Positions 52,570 to 61,426 of a stretch of DNA of 64,000 bases are shown piece after piece; the first letter of the stretch is position 1; each line of letters starts with the position of its first letter. A program made the position numbers and the translations under genes. The stretch covers positions 1 to 64,000 of the forward strand of contig CAVPCQ010000016.1 of assembly GCA_963702425.1 (NCBI GenBank), given 5' to 3'. Source of the DNA: an uncultured Acidobacteriota bacterium (GTDB lineage: Bacteria; Acidobacteriota; Polarisedimenticolia; J045). The notes beneath the pieces are model-generated. The model was not told the DNA's origin and did not search any database. It worked only from the letters and a program-made list of their open reading frames with translations.

Positions 52570-53405
52570 GCGAGCGGATCGAAGTCACCTCCCCGCTCGA
52601 GCTGCCCGACCTCGAGAAGCTGCTGGTCGGCTTCCTGCGCGAGGAGATCGGCAAGGCGGGGTTCGCACGCGGGGTGGTCGGCGTCTCGGGCGGGCTCGAC
52701 TCGGCGGTGGTCCTGCTGCTCGCGGCGCGCGCGCTGGGGCCGGAGCACGTGCTGGGGCTGCTCCTCCCCTACCGGGCTTCCTCCGAGGACAGCGTGCGCG
52801 ACGCCCGCGCGGTGCTCGCGGTGGCCGGGAGCCCGTCGGAGGAGATCGACATCTCGCCGATGGTCGACGCCTTCGCGGCGGCGGCCGCATGCGACGACGC
52901 GCTGCGGCTGGGCAACCGGATGGCGCGCGAGCGGATGGCGCTGCTGTACGACCGCGCGGCGCGCGACCGGGCGCTGGTCGTCGGGACCTCGAACAAGACC
53001 GAGTTGCTGCTGGGCTACTCGACCCGCTGGGGCGACGGCGCCTACGACCTCAATCCGATCGGCGACCTCTACAAGAAGCAGGTCCGCGCGCTCGGTGCGC
53101 ACCTCGGCGTGCCGAAGGCGATTCTCGCGAAGGCTCCTTCGGCCGACCTCTGGCCCGGCCAGACCGACGAGGCCGAGCTGGGCCTGACCTACGCCGACGC
53201 CGACCGGATCCTCTGGTACCTCGTCGACCAGCGCGGCCGCCCGGAGCGCGCGGCCGAGGAGCTGGGGGTCGCGCAGGCGGCGGTCGACCGCGTGATGCGC
53301 CTGCTGACCGCGACGCAGTTCAAGCGCAACCTGCCGCTGATCTGCAAGGTCCAGCTGCGGACGATCGGGATCGACTTCCGGCTGCCGCGGGACTGGGGAC
53401 GGTAG
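52566..53405 (+). CDS. nadE: NAD+ synthetase, synthetase subunit
   Basis: Motifs SGGLDS, GNRMARERM, GTSNKTE..LGY.T.WGD, PIGDLYK and APSADLWPGQTDE. Confidence 0.95.
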   Translation: MSERIEVTSPLELPDLEKLLVGFLREEIGKAGFARGVVGVSGGLDSAVVLLLAARALGPEHVLGLLLPYRASSEDSVRDARAVLAVAGSPSEEIDISPMVDAFAAAAACDDALRLGNRMARERMALLYDRAARDRALVVGTSNKTELLLGYSTRWGDGAYDLNPIGDLYKKQVRALGAHLGVPKAILAKAPSADLWPGQTDEAELGLTYADADRILWYLVDQRGRPERAAEELGVAQAAVDRVMRLLTATQFKRNLPLICKVQLRTIGIDFRLPRDWGR

Positions 53406-53430
53406 GGTCGTCCACCGGCACCGCTGGGTC

Positions 53431-54375
53431 CTACGGAGCGGCCTTGCGCCACGCCTCGATGAAGCGGACCACCCCCTCGACGCGGTAGTCGACGGCCAGC
53501 CGTCCCAGCTCGACATTCGCGGTCTTCACGTCGTCGGCGGTCACGACCCCGTTGTCGGTGAACTCGCGCGTCGAGGTGTGCTTGCCGGAGCGCTGCGGCT
53601 GGAACAGCAGGGCGTCCAGCAGCGCGGCCTGGTCGCCGCCGGTCGTCTTCTCGAGGATCGCCTGCACCTCCGGCGGATAGGTGAGCCGGGGGTTCTCGGC
53701 CCTCGCCATCTGGACCAGACCCGGGGCCAGGAACAGCATCATCGAGGTCTCCTCGACGCCGGCGTGGGAGTCGGACTTCAGGCCGGTGATCTTCGGGTCC
53801 GGGTCGGGGAACTCGACGTTCAGGAGATCGATCGCGAGCGCCGGCGTCTCGCGGTTGACGCGGAAGGCGACGTTGTGGACCGAGGTGTAGTTCCCGCCGT
53901 GACCCGAGTAGAAGATGATCCGGCGGAAGCCGTGGGCGATCAGGCTCTGGGCGGTCTCGTACAGCACGGCCTCGAACGTCGCTGGAGAGAGCGCGATCGT
54001 TCCCGGGAACGCCATGTGATGCTCGGAGACGCCGGCGAGCACGACGGGGGCAACGAGGACGCTGGCGCGCTGTCCGATGCGCAGGCAGATCTCGGTCGCC
54101 TGCACGATGTCCGAGTCGAGCGGCAGGTGCCTGCCGTGCTGCTCGATCGAGCCGACGGGAACGATCACCAGGTCCGAGGTGAGCAGGTACTGCTCGACCT
54201 CGCCCCACGTCATGTGCGGCAGATAGAACGGCGTGCGGGAGTCGAGCGCCGCCGTCCCGCGGGCCGCGTCGCCGGCCGCTGCGGGCAGGGCGGTGGCCGC
54301 GACCGCCGCCGCGGCCAGGACGAGTCCAGGGAACAGCGTTGCGGCGATCCGCCGCCGGAGCGTCGTGCCGTGCAT
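53431..54375 (-). CDS. Creatininase/creatinine amidohydrolase family protein with an N-terminal signal peptide
   Basis: Motifs PVGSIEQHGRHLP..SD, SEHH..FPGT, GHGGN and HAGVEETS. Confidence 0.9.
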   Translation of the reverse strand: MHGTTLRRRIAATLFPGLVLAAAAVAATALPAAAGDAARGTAALDSRTPFYLPHMTWGEVEQYLLTSDLVIVPVGSIEQHGRHLPLDSDIVQATEICLRIGQRASVLVAPVVLAGVSEHHMAFPGTIALSPATFEAVLYETAQSLIAHGFRRIIFYSGHGGNYTSVHNVAFRVNRETPALAIDLLNVEFPDPDPKITGLKSDSHAGVEETSMMLFLAPGLVQMARAENPRLTYPPEVQAILEKTTGGDQAALLDALLFQPQRSGKHTSTREFTDNGVVTADDVKTANVELGRLAVDYRVEGVVRFIEAWRKAAP

Positions 54376-54468
54376 GGGGCGCCTCCTCGCGTGGGCTCCA
54401 TTCTGCACCGGCGCCACCCCTTTCGAGGGCAGGAGACCGGGCGAAACTCGCGCTAGAATCGTTTCCTC

Positions 54469-55524
54469 ATGAACGAAGGCCGCAGGATCCGGCTGACGTC
54501 GTACTCGAACTGCGCGGGTTGAGCGAGCAAGCTCGGTCCCGAGCTGCTCGCGCAGGTGCTGCGCGGCGTCACCGAACGCGTCCCCGACCTCGCCGGCGGG
54601 GACCAGCTGATCGTCGGGCTGGCCGAGCCCGACGACGCGGCCGTCTATCGCCTCGGTGGCGGGCGGGTGCTGATCGCGACGGTCGACTTCTTCACGCCGA
54701 TCGTCGACGACCCGTTTGCCTACGGGCAGGTCGCGGCAGCGAACTCGATCTCCGACGTCTACGCGATGGGCGGCGACCCGTTCCTGGCGCTCTCGGTCGC
54801 CGCCTTCCCGGCCGACCTGCCGGCCGAGATCCTGTCCGAGATCATCGCCGGAGCGGCGATCAAGGTGCGCGAGGCGGGAGCGGTGCTGGCCGGCGGCCAC
54901 TCGGTGCGCGACGCCGAGCCCAAGTTCGGGCTGACGGTGCTCGGCTTCGGGCGCGAGGAGTCGCTGATCCTCAAGCGCGGCGCGAGGCCGGGGGATCTCC
55001 TTTACCTGACCAAACTGCTTGGCACCGGCGTGCTCGCGACCGCGCTGAAGGAACAGGCCCTCTCAGCGGCGCATGAGCGCGAGCTGGTCGCGTCGATGGC
55101 GCGGCTCTCGGGCGGCGCGTCGCGCGCGGCGGTCGCGGCGGGGGTGCGCGGCGGGACCGACGTCACCGGCTACGCGCTCGCCGGCCACGCGCTCGAGATG
55201 GCCGAGGCCTCGGGCGCGCGGCTGGTGCTCGAGTGGGGCCGGGTCCCGCTGCTCGCCTTCGCGCGCGAGGCGGTGGAGCGGGAGTTCGTCCCGGGCGGGA
55301 CCGCCACCAACGAAGCGGCCTTCGCGCCGCGCGTGGCCGGGCTCGAGCGGTTGTCCGAAACCGACCGCGCGCTGCTGTTCGACCCGCAGACCTCGGGCGG
55401 CCTGCTGCTCGCGGTGCCGCCCGACCGCGAGCCGGTCTTCCGCGCCGCACTGGCCGCCGAGGCGGCGGACGGCTGGCGGATCGGGCGGGTCGAGGCGGGC
55501 GCGGGTCTCGCGCTGGAGCCCTGA
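54469..55524 (+). CDS. selD: Selenide, water dikinase; selenoprotein with in-frame UGA (Sec) at codon 18
   Basis: ATG 54469 reads MNEGRRIRLTSYSNCAG-UGA-ASKLGP, then DDAAVY, TVDFFTPIVDDP, ANSISDVYAMG, GGHS, TDVTG and DPQTSGGLL. Confidence 0.95.
54523..54551 (+). promoter_or_regulatory. Putative bacterial SECIS hairpin
   Basis: GCGAGC-A-AGCTCG-[GTCC]-CGAGCT-GCTCGC starts immediately after the TGA at 54520-54522. Confidence 0.75.
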
Positions 55525-55525
55525 G

Positions 55526-56569
55526 GTGACGGCTCCCGCGCGCGGGCGGCTGCTGGTCGTCGCCACCCCGCTCGGCAACCTCGGCGACCTCTCGCCGCGC
55601 GCGGCCAAGGCGCTGGCGGAGGCCGACCTCGTCGCGGCCGAGGACACGCGCCGCACGCTCCCCCTGCTGTCGCACCTCGGGCTGTCGAAGCCGCTGGTCT
55701 CCAGTCACAAGTTCAACGAGGTCGCGGGGCTGGCCGGACTGCTGGCCACGCTGGCCGAGGGGAAGACGGTCGCGCTGGTCACCGACGGCGGCACGCCGGC
55801 GATCTCCGACCCCGGCCACCGGCTGGTCGCGGCGGCACACGCCGCGGGGCACGCGGTCGTCGCGATCGCGGGGCCCAGCGCCGTCGCGGCGGCGCTCTCG
55901 GTCGCCGGCTTCCCGGCCGACCGCTTCCGCTTCGCGGGTTTCCTGCCGGCAGCGGCGGCCGCGCGGCGGCGGGCGCTCGCGGCGCTCGCGGCGGAGCCGG
56001 AGACGCTGGTCTTCTACGAGGCGCCGCACCGCGCGCTGAAGGCGCTCGACGCGATGATCGACGCGCTCGGCGACCGCGAGGCGACGCTCTGCCGCGAGCT
56101 GACGAAGCTCTACGAGGAGGTGCTGCGCGCGCCGCTGTCGGCGATCCGGGCCGCGCTCGCGGCGCGCGACGCGATCCGCGGGGAGATCGTGCTGGTCGTG
56201 GCCGGCGCGGGCGAGGGGCGCGAGCGGGCGGGTGCAGTGCGGACGGGTGCAGGGCGGGCCGGTGCCGGGCGGGCCGGCGCGGGGCGGGCCGGTGCCGGGC
56301 GGGCCGGCACGGAGGCCGGCCCCGACGGGGTGCGAGACGGTTGGTCTGCTGCGCCAGCCGTGGGGGCCGGCCTCCGTGCCGGCCCGCTCCGTCGCGGTCC
56401 GATCGACGCGGCCGCCTGCGGCGTCCTGTTCGCGCTGGCCCGCGAGTTGGAGGATGGCGACGCGCGGCGCGCGCTCCGTCGCCTGGCGCGCGAGCTGGGC
56501 CGGACGCGCGCGGAGGTCAAGGCACTGCTCGCGGCGGCCGGCGTCCCGCTCGAGGACGGACCGGGCTGA
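55526..56569 (+). CDS. rsmI: 16S rRNA C1402 2'-O-methyltransferase with an in-frame repeat/REP insertion near the C-terminus
   Basis: Motifs VATPLGNLGDLSPRA, AEDTR, DGGTPAISDPG, GPSA, FYEAPHR, RELTKLYEE and GEIVLVV. Confidence 0.93.
   Translation: MTAPARGRLLVVATPLGNLGDLSPRAAKALAEADLVAAEDTRRTLPLLSHLGLSKPLVSSHKFNEVAGLAGLLATLAEGKTVALVTDGGTPAISDPGHRLVAAAHAAGHAVVAIAGPSAVAAALSVAGFPADRFRFAGFLPAAAAARRRALAALAAEPETLVFYEAPHRALKALDAMIDALGDREATLCRELTKLYEEVLRAPLSAIRAALAARDAIRGEIVLVVAGAGEGRERAGAVRTGAGRAGAGRAGAGRAGAGRAGTEAGPDGVRDGWSAAPAVGAGLRAGPLRRGPIDAAACGVLFALARELEDGDARRALRRLARELGRTRAEVKALLAAAGVPLEDGPG
56225..56314 (+). repeat. Six degenerate 15-bp tandem units (approximate consensus CGGGCCGGTGCCGGG) encoding RAGAG repeats
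   Basis: Units are cgggcgggtgcagtg, cggacgggtgcaggg, cgggccggtgccggg, cgggccggcgcgggg, cgggccggtgccggg and cgggccggcacggag. Confidence 0.85.
56299..56387. repeat. Inverted pair of REP-like palindromes (REPIN/BIME-like) inside rsmI
   Basis: 56299-56328 and 56358-56387 are reverse complements at 29 of 30 nt, with a 29-nt spacer. Each contains GGGCCGGC-CTCCGT-GCCGGCCC preceded by GTCG or GTGG. Confidence 0.85.
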
Positions 56570-56640
56570 TAAACGGCCGGCCGGGGGGGTAGGATGGCGC
56601 CCGCCGCGGGACGCTCCGCCCATCCCGCGCGGGAGGCGCT

Positions 56641-58345
56641 GTGAGCTGGGCTCTGTGGGTCGTCCTCGCGTACCTGCTCGTCCTCGCTCGGCTTCAACTT
56701 CGTCCGCTCGCGGCAGATCCAGTCGCAGGAGGACTTCATGGTCGCGGGGCGCAAGCTCTCGATGACCGTGATGGTGTTCACGCTGGTCTGCACCTGGATC
56801 GGCTCCGGCTCGTTCATCGCCGGCGCCGAGTACGCGGCCAAGGCCGGCTGGTCGTCGCTGTGGCTGCCGGCGGGCGCCTGGGTCGGGATCGCGGTGATCT
56901 ACTTCCTGGCCGCCAAGATCCGGGGCTTCGGCCAGTACACGGTCGGCGACATCCTCGAGGTCCGGTACGGCAAGTTCGCCCGGCTGTTCGGCGCGATCGC
57001 GCTGATCATCGCCTTCACGACGATCGTCTCCTACCAGTTCCGGGCCGGCGGCTACATCCTCAACGTCGCCTCCGGCGGCGCGATCTCGGTCCCCGTCGGG
57101 CAGGCGATCGCGGCCGGCTTCGTGATCCTCTTCACCGCGCTCGGCGGGATGCTGGCGGTCGCCCACACCGACCTCCCCAACGGGATCATCATCGTCCTGG
57201 CCTGCGCCGCGGCGCTGCCGTTCACGATCGCGGCGGCGGGCGGCGCCGGCGCGGCCGCGGCGGCGCTCCCCGCGCAGCACTTCACGGTCTTCGCCTCGGA
57301 CTTCGGCGCGCACCCGGCGCTCAAGGCCGGCGGCTACTTCCTGGCCACGCTGCTGCTGCTGATGGGCATTCAGTCGATGTACCAGAAGTTCTACTCGGCC
57401 CGCTCGCCGGCCGAGGCGCGCAAGGCGGTGGCGCTCTGGATCGTCGGCACGATCGTCGTCGAGACGCTGGTCGTGGCGATCGCGATCTACAGCTCGGCCC
57501 GGCACTGGCCGGAGGTCACGGCCTTCCGGATCGCCGGCACCGTCAAGGAGCAGGTCGCGTCGGGCGCGCTCCCGCCGGGGGACGCCGTGGCGCGCGCGAT
57601 TCAGCTCGCGCAGGAGGCGGCGACGCGCGGCAACCTGATGCCGTCGCAGGTCGCCCCGCTGCACACGCTGCTCAACGAGGGGTTCAGCGGCGCGACCAAC
57701 GCCGCGGCGATCGCCCACGCGAAGATCGGGATCGACCCGGCGTCGCTCGTGCTGCAGGCCGCCGGCGACCTGATCGGCAGCTCCGGGATCGCCGTCTTCG
57801 TCGGGCTGCTGCTGCTCGGGGCGGCCTGCGCGGTCGTGATCTCGACCGGCATGAACTACCTGCTGTCGCCGACGACCAACATCATGCGCGACATCTACCA
57901 GCGCTTCGTCAGCCCCGGGGCCGACCAGAAGTCGATGGTCGCGCTGCAGAAGGTCTTCGTCGTGCTGGTCGGCCTGGCGGCCTTCATGATGATCTGGATC
58001 CCGACCTATTTCGGCCTCAACATCTCCGTGCTGAAGTACTCCTACTTCGCCTACACCGTGTACGGCGTGTCGATCACCCCGGCCCTGCTCGCCGCGCTGG
58101 CCTGGAAGCGCGCGACCTGGCAGGGCGGCCTGGCCTCGATCGTCGGGGGCGCGGCCGCGGTGCTGGCGCTCGACGTCGCGCTGCCGATGCTGGCGCCGGC
58201 GGTGATGGTCGACGGCGACCCGTGGGGGATCCCCAGCATCTACTTCTCGGCCGCGATCTCGATCGGCCTGCTGTTCCTGGTCAGCCTAGCGACGCCGCCC
58301 CCGACGAAGGCCGAGCTGGCGCCGCTGTTTCCGGAGGAAAGGTAA
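56641..58345 (+). CDS. Sodium:solute symporter (SSS family); +1 frameshift near 56686
   Basis: A GGGAGG RBS and GTG 56641 give TM1 (WALWVVLAYLL), which continues as LGFNFVRSRQIQSQEDFMVAGRKL in the 56738 frame. Other motifs: TWIGSG, DILEVRYG, MYQKFYSA and RDIYQRF. Confidence 0.88.
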
Positions 58346-58352
58346 GCCCGCG

Positions 58353-60602
58353 ATGCGCAAGTCGCTCGCTCGCCTGGGCCACTTCGTCTGCGCCGCGGTC
58401 GTGCTCGCGGCCCTTTCCGCGCCGGCCGGGCGGGCCGGCACGGAGGCCGGACGGGCCGGCACGGAGGCCGGCCCCTACAGGTTGGTGGATGCCGAGGGGC
58501 GGCCGGTCGCGGAGGCGCGGGTCTCGGTCACGGGCCGCGCCGGCTCGGTCTTCACCGACGAGGACGGCCGCTTCGCGCTCGACCCCCGGCCGCCGATCCC
58601 CTTCGAGCTGGTCGTGCTCGATGCGCGCGGGGCGTTCCTCGGCACGGTGCTGGTCGAGCGCGACGATGCCGTCGAGCTGCGGCTCCCGGAGTCGGCGAAA
58701 GCGGAGCTGACCGTCCGCAGCGACGTCGCGCCGACCACGCTGGGCCCCCCCGCATCGGCACCGAACCTGGTCACGCGCGAGGAGATGAACCGGCGCCAGC
58801 CGGCACGGCTGACCGACGCGCTGATGGACATCCCGGGCGTCGGGCGACTGGAGGAGGGCCAGTCGGTCGTCCCGTCCGTCCGGGGCCTCGCGCGTGGAAG
58901 GACGCTGATCCTGATCGACGACGGCCGCGTCACGGCCGAGCGCCGCGCCGGCCCCTCGGCGAGCTACCTGCAGCCCTTCATGCTCCAGGGGCTCGAGATC
59001 GTGCGCGGGCCGGGTTCGGTGGCCTACGGTTCGGACGCGATCGGCGGAGTGATCCACGCCCGCACGCCGCTCCCCCAGCCGGGGGCGTCGTTCGGGCGCT
59101 ACGAGGTCTCGGGCGGCGCCGGGCAGCCGATGGCGACCGGTGGTGTCTCGCTCAACCTGCCGGTCGGCAACGGGGCGATGACCTTCGCCGGGCAGCAGCG
59201 CTGGTTCGGCGACTACAGCTCCCCCGACGGGACCGTCGACAATTCGAGCGCACGTGACCGGAACCTGGGGCTGGGCGGCCTCTGGCCCGTCGGAACCGCG
59301 CGCGTCTGGTTCAACGCCTACGACGGCCAGGCCTGGGACATGGGCAAGCCGGCGCAGGACTCGAACCTCACCCGGGCCTGGTACCCGGAAGAGGACGCGA
59401 CCCGCCTGGCGCTCGGCGCCGACCTGCCGGGGGGGCTCGGCTTCGACACGCTGGAGCTGCGCGGCTTCGTCGGCCGCTACGAGCTGGTCACCGAGCGCGA
59501 ACGCTTTCCGCAGGCGGGGCCGCCCGCCGTCACGCGACGGATCCAGGAAGCCGACGTCACTTCGTACGACGCCTCGCTGCGCGCGGTCGGCGCCCGCAGC
59601 TTCGGCGCGCTGCGCTTCTCCTCCGGCATCGAGGCGATCTCGCGCTTCGGACTCAACGCGATCGACACCACGACCCGCTACGACACCGCGGGCCAGGTGA
59701 CCAGCGTCGTCCGCAACGAGTCGATCGAGGACGCCAGCCGGCTCGACCTGGGGGCGTTCGTCGAGGCCTCGCTCCCCTTCGCCCGGGACCGGTTCGTCGC
59801 CTCGGCCGGCGTGCGCGGCGACTGGTTGAAGACCGAGAGCACCGGCGCCAGCTTCGGCGACCAGTCGAGCCGGGAGGACGCGATCACCGGGTTCGCTGCG
59901 CTGACCTGGCACTTCGCGCCGGCCTGGGAGACTGCGCTGCAGTGGGCGCGGGCCTTCCGCGCCCCCGGGCTCTCCGACCTCTACTTCGTCGGGCCGACCG
60001 GGCGCGGCGTCGTCACCGGGAACCCCGACCTGCTGCCGGAGACGACGAGCCAGTGGGACCTCGCGGTGCGCCGCACCGCCGGGAGCTGGCGCTTCGCCGG
60101 CTACGCCTACAGCTACCGGATCTTCGACCTGATCGAGCGCTACGAGGAGCCGCCCGGGAGCGCCAACTTCTTCTTTCGCAACGGCGGCACGGAGCAGCTC
60201 ACCGGGATCGAGCTGGAGACCGAGATCGACATCGGTGCGCGATTCGTGCTTGGCCTCGGCGCCAGTTGGACGCAGGGCGAGATCGTCGAGACCGGCAGCT
60301 TCCCGGCCGACGTCCCGCCCCTCTACGGCATGGCGACGCTGCTCTACCGCCCGGCCGACCGCTGGTGGCTGCGGCTGCGGGGAGAGGCGGTCCTGGCAGA
60401 CGACCGGCCCGGCCCGACCGAAATCGACACACCCGGCTACGGGCTCGTCGGGATCGGCGCCGGCTACCAGCTCTCGCCGCTCTTCGGGCTCGAGCTGATC
60501 GTCGGCAACCTCTTCGACCACGCCTACCCCGCGACGCCCGACGCGGTCGCCGCCGACGGGCCGGGGATCAACGCGCAGCTCGTGGTGCGCGGGGGGTGGT
60601 GA
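58353..60602 (+). CDS. TonB-dependent receptor with an N-terminal carboxypeptidase-regulatory-like domain
   Basis: Signal peptide, VDAEGRPVAEARV, plug IPGV..SVRGL..ILIDD..EIVRGPGSVAYGSDAIGGVI, FRAP.LSDLY, GNPDL.PE, NLFD..Y and a terminal W. Confidence 0.93.
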   Translation: MRKSLARLGHFVCAAVVLAALSAPAGRAGTEAGRAGTEAGPYRLVDAEGRPVAEARVSVTGRAGSVFTDEDGRFALDPRPPIPFELVVLDARGAFLGTVLVERDDAVELRLPESAKAELTVRSDVAPTTLGPPASAPNLVTREEMNRRQPARLTDALMDIPGVGRLEEGQSVVPSVRGLARGRTLILIDDGRVTAERRAGPSASYLQPFMLQGLEIVRGPGSVAYGSDAIGGVIHARTPLPQPGASFGRYEVSGGAGQPMATGGVSLNLPVGNGAMTFAGQQRWFGDYSSPDGTVDNSSARDRNLGLGGLWPVGTARVWFNAYDGQAWDMGKPAQDSNLTRAWYPEEDATRLALGADLPGGLGFDTLELRGFVGRYELVTERERFPQAGPPAVTRRIQEADVTSYDASLRAVGARSFGALRFSSGIEAISRFGLNAIDTTTRYDTAGQVTSVVRNESIEDASRLDLGAFVEASLPFARDRFVASAGVRGDWLKTESTGASFGDQSSREDAITGFAALTWHFAPAWETALQWARAFRAPGLSDLYFVGPTGRGVVTGNPDLLPETTSQWDLAVRRTAGSWRFAGYAYSYRIFDLIERYEEPPGSANFFFRNGGTEQLTGIELETEIDIGARFVLGLGASWTQGEIVETGSFPADVPPLYGMATLLYRPADRWWLRLRGEAVLADDRPGPTEIDTPGYGLVGIGAGYQLSPLFGLELIVGNLFDHAYPATPDAVAADGPGINAQLVVRGGW
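58432..58478 (-). repeat. GTAG-type REP palindrome plus a 21-bp partial tandem copy, in frame in the TonB-dependent receptor
   Basis: The minus strand of 58453-58478 reads GTAG-GGGCCGGC-CTCCGT-GCCGGCCC. 58432-58452 is a truncated duplicate. The core is identical to the rsmI copies. Confidence 0.85.
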
Positions 60603-60632
60603 TCGAGGCCGGCGGGACGGGAAGCCGAAGGA

Positions 60633-61358
60633 CTAGTCCTGCCCGGCGGCGCCGTCGGCCCGCCGGTCGCGGCTCTCCCGCTCCGCGTCTCCCACCTCGT
60701 AGCGCAGGCAGCACATCAGGCGCCCGCACTGCCCCGAGATCTTGGCCGGGTTGACCGGCAGCCCCTGGACCTTCGCCATCCGCATCGAGACCGGGGCGAA
60801 GCCGTCGAGCCACGTCGAGCAGCAGAGCGGGCGCCCGCAGTGCCCGACGCCGCCCTGGCGGATCGCCGCGTCGCGCACCCCGATCTGGCGCAGCTCGACC
60901 CGCGCCCGCAGCTCGCGCGCCAGGTCGCGCACCAGCTGCCGGAAATCGACCCGCCCCTCGGCCACGAAGAACAGCGTGATGCGCCGCCCCGCGGCCACCG
61001 GGTCGGCCCGCACGAAGCGCATCGCCAGGTTCAGCTCGGCGGCACGGCGGGAGGCGATCCCCAGCGCCTCGCGACGCCGCTGCTCGAGCCAGCCTTCGGT
61101 CTCGTCGTCGGCCGGGGTCGCCACGCGCAGGACGGGAGCGGGCGGCGCCCCGGAAGGCTCCGCCTCGGAGGGGACGCGGACCACGGTCCCCAGCTGGGTC
61201 CGCCCGGCGTCGACCGCGATCACGCAGCGGTCACCGACCTCGAGCGGGTCGTCGCCGGCGCGGCAGCAGACCGGGCGAAGGCTGCCCGAGAACGCGATGC
61301 GGACGAGAGAGGCGCGAGCCAAGGGGTCCTCCGGGATCCTGACAAAAGGATAATGCAC
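60633..61358 (-). CDS. ricT: RicT/YaaT (PSP1 C-terminal) Fe-S protein (start uncertain)
   Basis: Motifs GRVDFRQLVRDLA, RVELRQIGVRD, CGRPLCCSTWL and KISGQCGRLMCCLRYE. Confidence 0.9.
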   Translation of the reverse strand: MHYPFVRIPEDPLARASLVRIAFSGSLRPVCCRAGDDPLEVGDRCVIAVDAGRTQLGTVVRVPSEAEPSGAPPAPVLRVATPADDETEGWLEQRRREALGIASRRAAELNLAMRFVRADPVAAGRRITLFFVAEGRVDFRQLVRDLARELRARVELRQIGVRDAAIRQGGVGHCGRPLCCSTWLDGFAPVSMRMAKVQGLPVNPAKISGQCGRLMCCLRYEVGDAERESRDRRADGAAGQD

Positions 61359-61426
61359 TCTCGATTCGTTTCGGAGGCCGGAAACCGGTCGCGCCGCGGG
61401 ACGGTTCGCGCGACCATGGGGTCACG

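Noticed and set aside
54520-54522. selD as a pseudogene with a premature stop
   Set aside because: The UGA sits exactly at the catalytic Cys/Sec column and is followed by a SECIS-like hairpin.
56225-56387. Possible CRISPR array
   Set aside because: The repeats are contiguous or inverted with no unique spacers, lie inside a CDS, and no cas genes are present.
56670-56700. Programmed ribosomal frameshift in the SSS gene
   Set aside because: There is no slippery heptamer, and similar single-base indels elsewhere point to assembly error.
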